Of a stretch of 64,000 nt of DNA, positions 10,101 to 23,940 are shown one piece after another. Below the pieces are notes generated by a model, which was not told the origin of the DNA, made no database searches, and worked only from the letters and a program-made list of their open reading frames with translations. The stretch comes from Auanema rhodensis (lineage: Eukaryota > Animalia > Nematoda): NCBI GenBank assembly GCA_964057225.1, contig OZ059900.1, positions 15,996,001 to 16,060,000 of the forward strand. The letters are read 5' to 3'. The position numbers and the translations under genes are program-made. How positions within the stretch are numbered: the first letter of the stretch is position 1; the number at the start of each line of letters is the position of its first letter.

Positions 10101-12997
10101 TGTAAAATGCTTCATTTTAGTATGTAACACGCTGAAATTCGTTGCATTTGACGACTCATATGAACAAAAATCGATTTAATCAATATTAGCCATAAGGGGC
10201 GTGCCCTCAGAATATGCTAATTTCCTTAATTTTCTAACCCCTGTTTTTTTGTCGTGAAAGTGGAACTAGACGCTGTACGAACAATTTTGAGCTAGGTTTC
10301 ATTGACATTGCATGAGTTTGAACACATGAAATCGTAAGTCAAAACCTTGTTTACAGCGAAATTTCCAAAAACTGGTTTTCCAGCATAATAAAATATTTCT
10401 CATGGGAAACACTGTGTTTTTGTATTTTTCTAGTGTTCAGCATGTAAAATGCTTCATTTTAGTTTGTAACACGCTGAAATTCGTTGCATTTGACGACTCA
10501 TATGAACAAAAATCGATTTAATCAATATTAGCCATAAGGGGCGTGCCCTCAGAATATGCTAATTTCCTTAATTTTCTAACCCTTGTTTTTTTGTCGTGAA
10601 AGTGGAACTAGACGTTGTACAAACAATTTTGAGCTAGGTTTCATTGACATTGCATGAGTTTGAACATATGAAATCGTAAGTCAAAACCTTGTTTACAGCG
10701 AAATTTCCAAAAACTGGTTTTCCAGCATGATAAAATATTTCTCATGGGAAATACTGTGTTTTTGTATTTTTCTAGTGTTCAGCATGTGAAATGCTTCATT
10801 TTAGTATGTAACACGATGAAATTCGTTGCATTTGACGACTCATATGAACAAAAATCGATTTAATCAATATTAGCCATAAGGGGCGTGCCCTCAGAATATG
10901 CTAATTTCCTTAATTTTCTAACCCCTGTTTTTTTGTCGTGAAAGTGGAACTAGACGTTGTACGAACAATTTTGAGCTAGGTTTCATTGACATTGCATGAG
11001 TTTGAACACATGAAATCGTAAGTCAAAACCTTGTTTACAGCGAAATTTCCAAAAACTGGTTTTCCAGCATAATAAAATATTTCTCATGGGAAATACTGTG
11101 TTTTTGTATTTTTCTAGTGTTCAGCATGTAAAATGCTTCATTTTAGTATGTAACACGCTGAAATTCGTTGCATTTGACGACTCATATGAACAAAAATCGA
11201 TTTAATCAATATTAGCCATAAGGGGCGTGCCCTCAGAATATGCTAATTTTTTTAATTTTCTAACCCCTGTTTTTTTGTCGTGAAAGTGGAACTAGACGTT
11301 GTACGAACAATTTTGAGCTAGGTTTCATTGACATTGCATGAGTTTGAACACATGAAATCGTAAGTCAAAACCTTGTTTACAGCGAAATTTCCAAAAACTG
11401 GTTTTCCAGCATAATAAAATATTTCTCATGGGAAATACTGTGTTTTTGTATTTTTCTAGTGTTCAGCATGTAAAATGCTTCATTTTAGTATGTAACACGC
11501 TGAAATTCGTTGCATTTGACGACTCATATGAACAAAAATCGATTTAATCAATATTAGCCATAAGGGGCGTGCCCTCAGAATATGCTAATTTCCTTAATTT
11601 TCTAACCCCTGTTTTTTTGTCGTGAAAGTGGAACTAGACGTTGTACGAACAATTTTGAGCTAGGTTTCATTGACATTGCATGAGTTTGAACACATGAAAT
11701 CGTAAGTCAAAACCTTGTTTACAGCGAAATTTCCAAAAACTGGTTTTCCAGCATAATAAAATATTTCTCATGGGAAATACTGTGTTTTTGTATTCTTCTA
11801 GTGTTCAGCATGTAAAATGCTTCATTTTAGTATGTAACACGCTGAAATTCGTTGCATTTGACGACTCATATGAACAAAAATCGATTTAATCAATATTAGC
11901 CATAAGGGGCGTGCCCTCAGAATATGCTAATTTCCTTAATTTTCTAACCCCTGTTTTTTTGTCGTGAAAGTGGAACTAGACGTTGTACGAACAATTTTGA
12001 GCTAGGTTTCATTGACATTGCATGAGTTTGAACACATGAAATCGTAAGTCAAAACCTTGTTTACAGCGAAATTTCCAAAAACTGGTTTTCCAGCATGATA
12101 AAATATTTCTCATGGGAAATACTGTGTTTTTGTATTTTTCTAGTGTTCAGCATGTAAAATGCTTCATTTTAGTATGTAACACGCTGAAATTCGTTGCATT
12201 TGACGACTCATATGAACAAAAATCGATTTAATCAATATTAGCCATAAGGGGCGTGCCCTCAGAATATGCTAATTTCCTTAATTTTCTAACCCCTGTTTTT
12301 TTGTCGTGAAAGTGGAACTAGACGTTGTACGAACAATTTTGAGCTAGGTTTCATTGACATTGCATGAGTTTGAACACATGAAATCGTAAGTCAAAACCTT
12401 GTTTACAGCGAAATTTCCAAAAACTGGTTTTCCAGCATAATAAAATATTTCTCATGGGAAATACTGTGTTTTTGTATTTTTCTAGTGTTCAGCATGTAAA
12501 ATGCTTCATTTTAGTTTGTAACACGCTGAAATTCGTTGCATTTGACGACTCATATGAACAAAAATCGATTTAATCAATATTAGCCATAAGGGGCGTGCCC
12601 TCAGAATATGCTAATTTCCTTAATTTTCTAACCCCTGTTTTTTTGTCGTGAAAGTGGAACTAGACGTTGTACGAACAATTTTGAGCTAGGTTTCATTGAC
12701 ATTGCATGAGTTTGAACACATGAAATCGTAAGTCAAAACCTTGTTTACAGCGAAATTTCCAAAAACTGGTTTTCCAGCATGATAAAATATTTCTCATGGG
12801 AAATACTGTGTTTTTGTATTTTTCTAGTGTTCAGCATGTAAAATGCTTCATTTTAGTATGTAACACGCTGAAATTCGTTGCATTTGACGACTCATATGAA
12901 CAAAAATCGATTTAATCAATATTAGCCATAAGGGGCGTGCCCTCAGAATATGCTAATTTCCTTAATTTTCTAACCCCTGTTTTTTTTGTCGTGAAAG

Positions 12998-15900
12998 TGG
13001 AACTAGACGTTGTACGAACAATTTTGAGCTAGGTTTCATTGACATTGCATGAGTTTGAACACATGAAATCGTAAGTCAAAACCTTGTTTACAGCGAAATT
13101 TCGAAAAACTGGTTTTCCAGCATAATAAAATATTTCTCATGGGAAATACTGTGTTTTTGTATTCTTCTAGTGTTCAGCATGTGAAATGCTTCATTTTAGT
13201 GTGTAACACGCTGAAATTCGTTGCATTTGACGACTCATATGAACAAAAATCGATTTAATCAATATTAGCCATAAGGGGCGTGCCCTCAGAATATGCTAAT
13301 TTCCTTAATTTTCTAACCCCTGTTTTTTTGTCGTGAAAGTGGAACTAGACGTTGTACGAACAATTTTGAGCTAGGTTTCATTGACATTGCATGAGTTTGA
13401 ACACATGAAATCGTAAGTCAAAACCTTGTTTACAGCGAAATTTCCAAAAACTGGTTTTCCAGCATAATAAAATATTTCTCATGGGAAATACTGTGTTTTT
13501 GTATTTTTCTAGTGTTCAGCATGTAAAATGCTTCATTTTAGTATGTAACACGCTGAAATTCGTTGCATTTGACGACTCATATGAACAAAAATCGATTTAA
13601 TCAATATTAGCCATAAGGGGCGTGCCCTCAGAATATGCTAATTTCCTTAATTTTCTAACCCTTGTTTTTTTGTCGTGAAAGTGGAACTAGACGTTGTACA
13701 AACAATTTTGAGCTAGGTTTCATTGACATTGCATGAGTTTGAACACATGAAATCGTAAGTCAAAACCTTGTTTACAGCGAAATTTCCAAAAACTGGTTTT
13801 CCAGCATGATAAAATATTTCTCATGGGAAATACTGTGTTTTTGTATTTTTCTAGTGTTCAGCATGTAAAATGCTTCATTTTAGTATGTAACACGCTGAAA
13901 TTCGTTGCATTTGACGACTCATATGAACAAAAATCGATTTAATCAATATTAGCCATAAGGGGCGTGCCCTCAGAATATGCTAATTTCCTTAATTTTCTAA
14001 CCCCTGTTTTTTTGTCGTGAAAGTGGAACTAGACGTTGTACGAACAATTTTGAGCTAGGTTTCATTGACATTGCATGAGTTTGAACACATGAAATCGTAA
14101 GTCAAAACCTTGTTTACAGCGAAATTTCGAAAAACTGGTTTTCCAGCATAATAAAATATTTCTCATGGGAAATACTGTGTTTTTGTATTCTTCTAGTGTT
14201 CAGCATGTGAAATGCTTCATTTTAGTGTGTAACACGCTGAAATTCGTTGCATTTGACGACTCATATGAACAAAAATCGATTTAATCAATATTAGCCATAA
14301 AGGGCGTGCCCTCAGAATATGCTAATTTCCTTAATTTTCTAACCCCTGTTTTTTTGTCGTGAAAGTGGAACTAGACGTTGTACGAACAATTTTGAGCTAG
14401 GTTTCATTGACATTGCATGAGTTTGAACACATGAAATCGTAAGTCAAAACCTTGTTTACAGCGAAATTTCCAAAAACTGGTTTTCCAGCATAATAAAATA
14501 TTTCTCATGGGAAATACTGTGTTTTTGTATTTTTCTAGTGTTCAGCATGTAAAATGCTTCATTTTAGTATGTAACACGCTGAAATTCGTTGCATTTGACG
14601 ACTCATATGAACAAAAATCGATTTAATCAATATTAGCCATAAGGGGCGTGCCCTCAGAATATGCTAATTTCCTTAATTTTCTAACCCTTGTTTTTTTGTC
14701 GTGAAAGTGGAACTAGACGTTGTACAAACAATTTTGAGCTAGGTTTCATTGACATTGCATGAGTTTGAACACATGAAATCGTAAGTCAAAACCTTGTTTA
14801 CAGCGAAATTTCCAAAAACTGGTTTTCCAGCATGATAAAATATTTCTCATGGGAAATACTGTGTTTTTGTATTTTTCTAGTGTTCAGCATGTAAAATGCT
14901 TCATTTTAGTATGTAACACGCTGAAATTCGTTGCATTTGACGACTCATATGAACAAAAATCGATTTAATCAATATTAGCCATAAGGGGCGTGCCCTCAGA
15001 ATATGCTAATTTCCTTAATTTTCTAACCCCTGTTTTTTTGTCGTGAAAGTGGAACTAGACGTTGTACGAACAATTTTGAGCTAGGTTTCATTGACATTGC
15101 ATGAGTTTGAACACATGAAATCGTAAGTCAAAACCTTGTTTACAGCGAAATTTCGAAAAACTGGTTTTCCAGCATAATAAAATATTTCTCATGGGAAATA
15201 CTGTGTTTTTGTATTCTTCTAGTGTTCAGCATGTGAAATGCTTCATTTTACTGTGTAACACGCTGAAATTCGTTGCATTTGACGACTCATATGAACAAAA
15301 ATCGATTTAATCAATATTAGCCATAAGGGGCGTGCCCTCAGAATATGCTAATTTCCTTAATTTTCTAACCCCTGTTTTTTTGTCGTGAAAGTGGAACTAG
15401 ACGTTGTACGAACAATTTTGAGCTAGGTTTCATTGACATTGCATGAGTTTGAACACATGAAATCGTAAGTCAAAACCTTGTTTACAGCGAAATTTCCAAA
15501 AACTGGTTTTCCAGCATAATAAAATATTTCTCATGGGAAATACTGTGTTTTTGTATTTTTCTAGTGTTCAGCATGTAAAATGCTTCATTTTAGTATGTAA
15601 CACGCTGAAATTCGTTGCATTTGACGACTCATATGAACAAAAATCGATTTAATCAATATTAGCCATAAGGGGCGTGCCCTCAGAATATGCTAATTTCCTT
15701 AATTTTCTAACCCTTGTTTTTTTGTCGTGAAAGTGGAACTAGACGTTGTACAAACAATTTTGAGCTAGGTTTCATTGACATTGCATGAGTTTGAACACAT
15801 GAAATCGTAAGTCAAAACCTTGTTTACAGCGAAATTTCCAAAAACTGGTTTTCCAGCATGATAAAATATTTCTCATGGGAAATACTGTGTTTTTGTATTT

Positions 15901-18811
15901 TTCTAGTGTTCAGCATGTAAAATGCTTCATTTTAGTATGTAACACGCTGAAATTCGTTGCATTTGACGACTCATATGAACAAAAATCGATTTAATCAATA
16001 TTAGCCATAAGGGGCGTGCCCTCAGAATATGCTAATTTCCTTAATTTTCTAACCCCTGTTTTTTTGTCGTGAAAGTGGAACTAGACGTTGTACGAACAAT
16101 TTTGAGCTAGGTTTCATTGACATTGCATGAGTTTGAACACATGAAATCGTAAGTCAAAACCTTGTTTACAGCGAAATTTCGAAAAACTGGTTTTCCAGCA
16201 TAATAAAATATTTCTCATGGGAAATACTGTGTTTTTGTATTCTTCTAGTGTTCAGCATGTGAAATGCTTCATTTTAGTGTGTAACACGCTGAAATTCGTT
16301 GCATTTGACGACTCATATGAACAAAAATCGATTTAATCAATATTAGCCATAAGGGGCGTGCCCTCAGAATATGCTAATTTCCTTAATTTTCTAACCCCTG
16401 TTTTTTTGTCGTGAAAGTGGAACTAGACGTTGTACGAACAATTTTGAGCTAGGTTTCATTGACATTGCATGAGTTTGAACACATGAAATCGTAAGTCAAA
16501 ACCTTGTTTACAGCGAAATTTCCAAAAACTGGTTTTCCAGCATAATAAAATATTTCTCATGGGAAATACTGTGTTTTTGTATTTTTCTAGTGTTCAGCAT
16601 GTAAAATGCTTCATTTTAGTATGTAACACGCTGAAATTCGTTGCATTTGACGACTCATATGAACAAAAATCGATTTAATCAATATTAGCCATAAGGGGCG
16701 TGCCCTCAGAATATGCTAATTTCCTTAATTTTCTAACCCTTGTTTTTTTGTCGTGAAAGTGGAACTAGACGTTGTACAAACAATTTTGAGCTAGGTTTCA
16801 TTGACATTGCATGAGTTTGAACACATGAAATCGTAAGTCAAAACCTTGTTTACAGCGAAATTTCCAAAAACTGGTTTTCCAGCATGATAAAATATTTCTC
16901 ATGGGAAATACTGTGTTTTTGTATTTTTCTAGTGTTCAGCATGTAAAATGCTTCATTTTAGTATGTAACACGCTGAAATTCGTTGCATTTGACGACTCAT
17001 ATGAACAAAAATCGATTTAATCAATATTAGCCATAAGGGGCGTGCCCTCAGAATATGCTAATTTCCTTAATTTTCTAACCCCTGTTTTTTTGTCGTGAAA
17101 GTGGAACTAGACGTTGTACGAACAATTTTGAGCTAGGTTTCATTGACATTGCATGAGTTTGAACACATGAAATCGTAAGTCAAAACCTTGTTTACAGCGA
17201 AATTTCCAAAAACTGGTTTTCCAGCATAATAAAATATTTCTCATGGGAAATACTGTGTTTTTGTATTTTTCTAGTGTTCAGCATGTAAAATGCTTCATTT
17301 TAGTATGTAACACGCTGAAATTCGTTGCATTTGACGACTCATATGAACAAAAATCGAATTAATCAATATTAGCCATAAGGGGCGTGCCCTCAGAATATGC
17401 TAATTTCCTTAATTTTCTAACCCTTGTTTTTTTGTCGTGAAAGTGGAACTAGACGTTGTACAAACAATTTTGAGCTAGGTTTCATTGACATTGCATGAGT
17501 TTGAACACATGAAATCGTAAGTCAAAACCTTGTTTACAGCGAAATTTCCAAAAACTGGTTTTCCAGCATGATAAAATATTTCTCATGGGAAATACTGTGT
17601 TTTTGTATTTTTCTAGTGTTCAGCATGTAAAATGCTTCATTTTAGTATGTAACACGCTGAAATTCGTTGCATTTGACGACTCATATGAACAAAAATCGAT
17701 TTAATCAATATTAGCCATAAGGGGCGTGCCCTCAGAATATGCTAATTTCCTTAATTTTCTAACCCCTGTTTTTTTGTCGTGAAAGTGGAACTAGACGTTG
17801 TACGAACAATTTTGAGCTAGGTTTCATTGACATTGCATGAGTTTGAACACATGAAATCGTAAGTCAAAACCTTGTTTACAGCGAAATTTCGAAAAACTGG
17901 TTTTCCAGCATAATAAAATATTTCTCATGGGAAATACTGTGTTTTTGTATTCTTCTAGTGTTCAGCATGTGAAATGCTTCATTTTAGTGTGTAACACGCT
18001 GAAATTCGTTGCATTTGACGACTCATATGAACAAAAATCGATTTAATCAATATTAGCCATAAGGGGCGTGCCCTCAGAATATGCTAATTTCCTTAATTTT
18101 CTAACCCCTGTTTTTTTGTCGTGAAAGTGGAACTAGACGTTGTACGAACAATTTTGAGCTAGGTTTCATTGACATTGCATGAGTTTGAACACATGAAATC
18201 GTAAGTCAAAACCTTGTTTACAGCGAAATTTCCAAAAACTGGTTTTCCAGCATAATAAAATATTTCTCATGGGAAATACTGTGTTTTTGTATTTTTCTAG
18301 TGTTCAGCATGTAAAATGCTTCATTTTAGTATGTAACACGCTGAAATTCGTTGCATTTGACGACTCATATGAACAAAAATCGATTTAATCAATATTAGCC
18401 ATAAGGGGCGTGCCCTCAGAATATGCTAATTTCCTTAATTTTCTAACCCTTGTTTTTTTGTCGTGAAAGTGGAACTAGACGTTGTACAAACAATTTTGAG
18501 CTAGGTTTCATTGACATTGCATGAGTTTGAACACATGAAATCGTAAGTCAAAACCTTGTTTACAGCGAAATTTCCAAAAACTGGTTTTCCAGCATGATAA
18601 AATATTTCTCATGGGAAATACTGTGTTTTTGTATTTTTCTAGTGTTCAGCATGTAAAATGCTTCATTTTAGTATGTAACACGCTGAAATTCGTTGCATTT
18701 GACGACTCATATGAACAAAAATCGATTTAATCAATATTAGCCATAAGGGGCGTGCCCTCAGAATATGCTAATTTCCTTAATTTTCTAACCCCTGTTTTTT
18801 TGTCGTGAAAG
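12998..18811. repeat. 3-mer higher-order repeat B-C-A (1026 bp): five full units and one unit lacking B
   Basis: B monomers start at 12998, 14024, 15050, 16076 and 17786. Each is followed by C (T323) and then A (A19+G127). The stretch 17102-17785 is a C-A pair only. Confidence 0.9.
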
Positions 18812-21800
18812 TGGAACTAGACGTTGTACGAACAATTTTGAGCTAGGTTTCATTGACATTGCATGAGTTTGAACACATGAAATCGTAAGTCAAAACCTTG
18901 TTTACAGCGAAATTTCCACAAACTGGTTTTCCAGCATAATAAAATATTTCTCATGGGAAATACTGTGTTTTTGTATTCTTCTAGTGTTCAGCATGTAAAA
19001 TGCTTCATTTTAGTATGTAACACGCTGAAATTCGTTGCATTTGACGACTCATATGAACAAAAATCGATTTAATCAATATTAGCCATAAGGGGCGTGCCCT
19101 CAGAATATGCTAATTTCCTTAATTTTCTAACCCTTGTTTTTTTGTCGTGAAAGTGGAACTAGACGTTGTACAAACAATTTTGAGCTAGGTTTCATTGACA
19201 TTGCATGAGTTTGAACACATGAAATCGTAAGTCAAAACCTTGTTTACAGCGAAATTTCCAAAAACTGGTTTTCCAGCATAATAAAATATTTCTCATGGGA
19301 AATACTGTGTTTTTGTATTTTTCTAGTGTTCAGCATGTAAAATGCTTCATTTTAGTATGTAACACGCTGAAATTCGTTGCATTTGACGACTCATATGAAC
19401 AAAAATCGATTTAATCAATATTAGCCATAAGGGGCGTGCCCTCAGAATATGCTAATTTCCTTAATTTTCTAACCCTTGCTTTTTTGTCGTGAAAGTGGAA
19501 CTAGACGTTGTACGAACAATTTTGAGCTAGGTTTCATTGACATTGCATGAGTTTGAACACATGAAATCGTAAGTCAAAACCTTGTTTACAGCGAAATTTC
19601 GAAAAACTGGTTTTCCAGCATAATAAAATATTTCTCATGGAAAAACTGTGTTTTTGTATTCTTCTAGTGTTCAGCATGTGAAATGCTTCATTTTAGTGTG
19701 TAACACGCTGAAATTCGTTGCATTTGACGACTCATATGAACAAAAATCGATTTAATCAATATTAGCCATAAGGGGCGTGCCCTCAGAATATGCTAATTTC
19801 CTTAATTTTCTAACCCCTGTTTTTTTGTCGTGAAAGTGGAACTAGACGTTGTACGAACAATTTTGAGCTAGGTTTCATTGACGTTGCATGAGTTTGAACA
19901 CATGAAATCGTAAGTCAAAACCTTGTTTACAGCGAAATTTCCAAAAACTGGTTTTCCAGCATAATAAAATATTTCTCATGGGAAACACTGTGTTTTTGTA
20001 TTTTTCTAGTGTTCAGCATGTAAAATGCTTCATTTTAGTTTGTAACACGCTGAAATTCGTTGCATTTGACGACTCATATGAACAAAAATCGATTTAATCA
20101 ATATTAGCCATAAGGGGCGTGCCCTCAGAATATGCTAATTTCCTTAATTTTCTAACCCCTGTTTTTTTGTCGTGAAAGTGGAACTAGACGTTGTACAAAC
20201 AATTTTGAGCTAGGTTTCATTGACATTGCATGAGTTTGAACACATGAAATCGTAAGTCAAAACCTTGTTTACAGCGAAATTTCCAAAAACTGGTTTTCCA
20301 GCATGATAAAATATTTCTCATGGGAAATACTGTGTTTTTGTATTTTTCTAGTGTTCAGCATGTAAAATGCTTCATTTTAATGTGTAACACGCTGAAATTC
20401 GTTGCATTTGACGACTCATATGAACAAAAATCGATTTAATCAATATTAGCCATAAGGGGCGTGCCCTCAGAATATGCTAATTTCCTTAATTTTCTAACCC
20501 CTGTTTTTTTGTCGTGAAAGTGGAACTAGACGTTGTACGAACAATTTTGAGCTAGGTTTCATTGACATTGCATGAGTTTGAACACATGAAATCGTAAGTC
20601 AAAACCTTGTTTACAGCGAAATTTCCAAAAACTGGTTTTCCAGCATGATAAAATATTTCTCATGGGAAATACTGTGTTTTTGTATTTTTCTAGTGTTCAG
20701 CATGTAAAATGCTTCATTTTAGTATGTAACACGCTGAAATTCGTTGCATTTGACGACTCATATGAACAAAAATCGATTTAATCAATATTAGCCATAAGGG
20801 GCGTGCCCTCAGAATATGCTAATTTCCTTAATTTTCTAACCCTTGTTTTTTTGTCGTGAAAGTGGAACTAGACGTTGTACGAACAATTTTGAGCTAGGTT
20901 TCATTGACATTGCATGAGTTTGAACACATGAAATCGTAAGTCAAAACCTTGTTTACAGCGAAATTTCCAAAAACTGGTTTTCCAGCATAATAAAATATTT
21001 CTCATGGGAAATACTGTGTTTTTGTATTTTTCTAGTGTTCAGCATGTAAAATGCTTCATTTTAATGTGTAACACGCTGAAATTCGTTGCATTTGACGACT
21101 CATATGAACAAAAATCGATTTAATCAATATTAGCCATAAGGGGCGTGCCCTCAGAATATGCTAATTTCCTTAATTTTCTAACCCCTGTTTTTTTGTCGTG
21201 AAAGTGGAACTAGACGTTGTACGAACAATTTTGAGCTAGGTTTCATTGACATTGCATGAGTTTGAACACATGAAATCGTAAGTCAAAACCTTGTTTACAG
21301 CGAAATTTCCAAAAACTGGTTTTCCAGCATGATAAAATATTTCTCATGGGAAATACTGTGTTTTTGTATTTTTCTAGTGTTCAGCATGTAAAATGCTTCA
21401 TTTTAGTATATAACACGCTGAAATTCGTTGCATTTGACGACTCATATGAACAAAAATCGATTTAATCAATATTAGCCATAAGGGGCGTGCCCTCAGAATA
21501 TGCTAATTTCCTTAATTTTCTAACCCCTGTTTTTTTGTCGTGAAAGTGGAACTAGACGTTGTACGAACAATTTTGAGCTAGGTTTCATTGACATTGCATG
21601 AGTTTGAACACATGAAATCGTAAGTCAAAACCTTGTTTACAGCGAAATTTCCAAAAACTGGTTTTCCAGCATGATAAAATATTTCTCATGGGAAATACTG
21701 TGTTTTTGTATTTTTCTAGTGTTCAGCATGTAAAATGCTTCATTTTAGTTTGTAACACGCTGAAATTCGTTGCATTTGACGACTCATATGAACAAAAATC

Positions 21801-23940
21801 GATTTAATCAATATTAGCCATAAGGGGCGTGCCCTCAGAATATGCTAATTTCCTTAATTTTCTAACCCCTGTTTTTTTGTCGTGAAAGTGGAACTAGACG
21901 TTGTACGAACAATTTTGAGCTAGGTTTCATTGACATTGCATAAGTTTGAACATATGAAATCGTAAGTCAAAACCTTGTTTACAGCGAAATTTCGAAAAAC
22001 TGGTTTTCCAGCATAATAAAATATTTCTCATGGGAAATACTGTGTTTTTGTATTCTTCTAGTGTTCAGCATGTGAAATGCTTCATTTTAGTGTGTAACAC
22101 GCTGAAATTCGTTGCATTTGACGACTCATATGAACAAAAATCGATTTAATCAATATTAGCCATAAGGGGCGTGCCCTCAGAATATGCTAATTTCCTTAAT
22201 TTTCTAACCCCTGTTTTTTTGTCGTGAAAGTGGAACTAGACGTTGTACGAACAATTTTGAGCTAGGTTTCATTGACATTGCATGAGTTTGAACACATGAA
22301 ATCGTAAGTCAAAACCTTGTTTACAGCGAAATTTCCAAAAACTGGTTTTCCAGCATAATAAAATATTTCTCATGGGAAATACTGTGTTTTTGTATTTTTC
22401 TAGTGTTCAGCATGTAAAATGCTTCATTTAAGTATGTAACACGCTGAAATTCGTTGCATTTGACGACTCATATGAACAAAAATCGATTTAATCAATATTA
22501 GCCATAAGGGGCGTGCCCTCAGAATATGCTAATTTCCTTAATTTTCTAACCCTTGTTTTTTTGTCGTGAAAGTGGAACTAGACGTTGTACAAACAATTTT
22601 GAGCTAGGTTTCATTGACATTGCATGAGTTTGAACACATGAAATCGTAAGTCAAAACCTTGTTTACAGCGAAATTTCCAAAAACTGGTTTTCCAGCATGA
22701 TAAAATATTTCTCATGGGAAATACTGTGTTTTTGTATTTTTCTAGTGTTCAGCATGTAAAATGCTTCATTTTAGTATGTAACACGCTGAAATTCGTTGCA
22801 TTTGACGACTCATATGAACAAAAATCGATTTAATCAATATTAGCCATAAGGGGCGTGCCCTCAGAATATGCTAATTTCCTTAATTTTCTAACCCCTGTTT
22901 TTTTGTCGTGAAAGTGGAACTAGACGTTGTACGAACAATTTTGAGCTAGGTTTCATTGACATTGCATGAGTTTGAACACATGAAATCGTAAGTCAAAACC
23001 TTGTTTACAGCGAAATTTCCACAAACTGGTTTTCCAGCATAATAAAATATTTCTCATGGGAAATACTGTGTTTTTGTATTCTTCTAGTGTTCAGCATGTA
23101 AAATGCTTCATTTTAGTATGTAACACGCTGAAATTCGTTGCATTTGACGACTCATATGAACAAAAATCGATTTAATCAATATTAGCCATAAGGGGCGTGC
23201 CCTCAGAATATGCTAATTTCCTTAATTTTCTAACCCCTGTTTTTTTGTCGTGAAAGTGGAACTAGACGTTGTACGAACAATTTTGAGCTAGGTTTCATTG
23301 ACATTGCATGAGTTTGAACACATGAAATCGTAAGTCAAAACCTTGTTTACAGCGAAATTTCCAAAAACTGGTTTTCCAGCATAATAGAATATTTCTCATG
23401 GGAAATACTGTGTTTTTGTATTTTTCTAGTCTTCAGCATGTAAAATGCTTCATTTTAGTATGTAACACGCTGAAATTCGTTGCATTTGACGACTCATATG
23501 AACAAAAATCGATTTAATCAATATTAGCCATAAGGGGCGTGCCCTCAGAATATGCTAATTTCCTTAATTTTCTAACCCCTGTTTTTTTGTCGTGAAAGTG
23601 GAACTAGACGTTGTACGAACAATTTTGAGCTAGGTTTCATTGACATTGCATGAGTTTGAACACATGAAATCGTAAGTCAAAACCTTGTTTACAGCGAAAT
23701 TTCCACAAACTGGTTTTCCAGCATAATAAAATATTTCTCATGGGAAATACTGTGTTTTTGTATTCTTCTAGTGTTCAGCATGTAAAATGCTTCATTTTAG
23801 TATGTAACACGCTGAAATTCGTTGCATTTGACGACTCATATGAACAAAAATCGATTTAATCAATATTAGCCATAAGGGGCGTGCCCTCAGAATATGCTAA
23901 TTTCCTTAATTTTCTAACCCCTGTTTTTTTGTCGTGAAAG

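Noticed and set aside
12980-12987. T8 here (and T6 near 55050-55055) instead of T7 as meaningful indels
   Set aside because: Singleton homopolymer length changes are typical long-read consensus errors or trivial slippage. They differ from the duplicated A insertions, which each occur twice.
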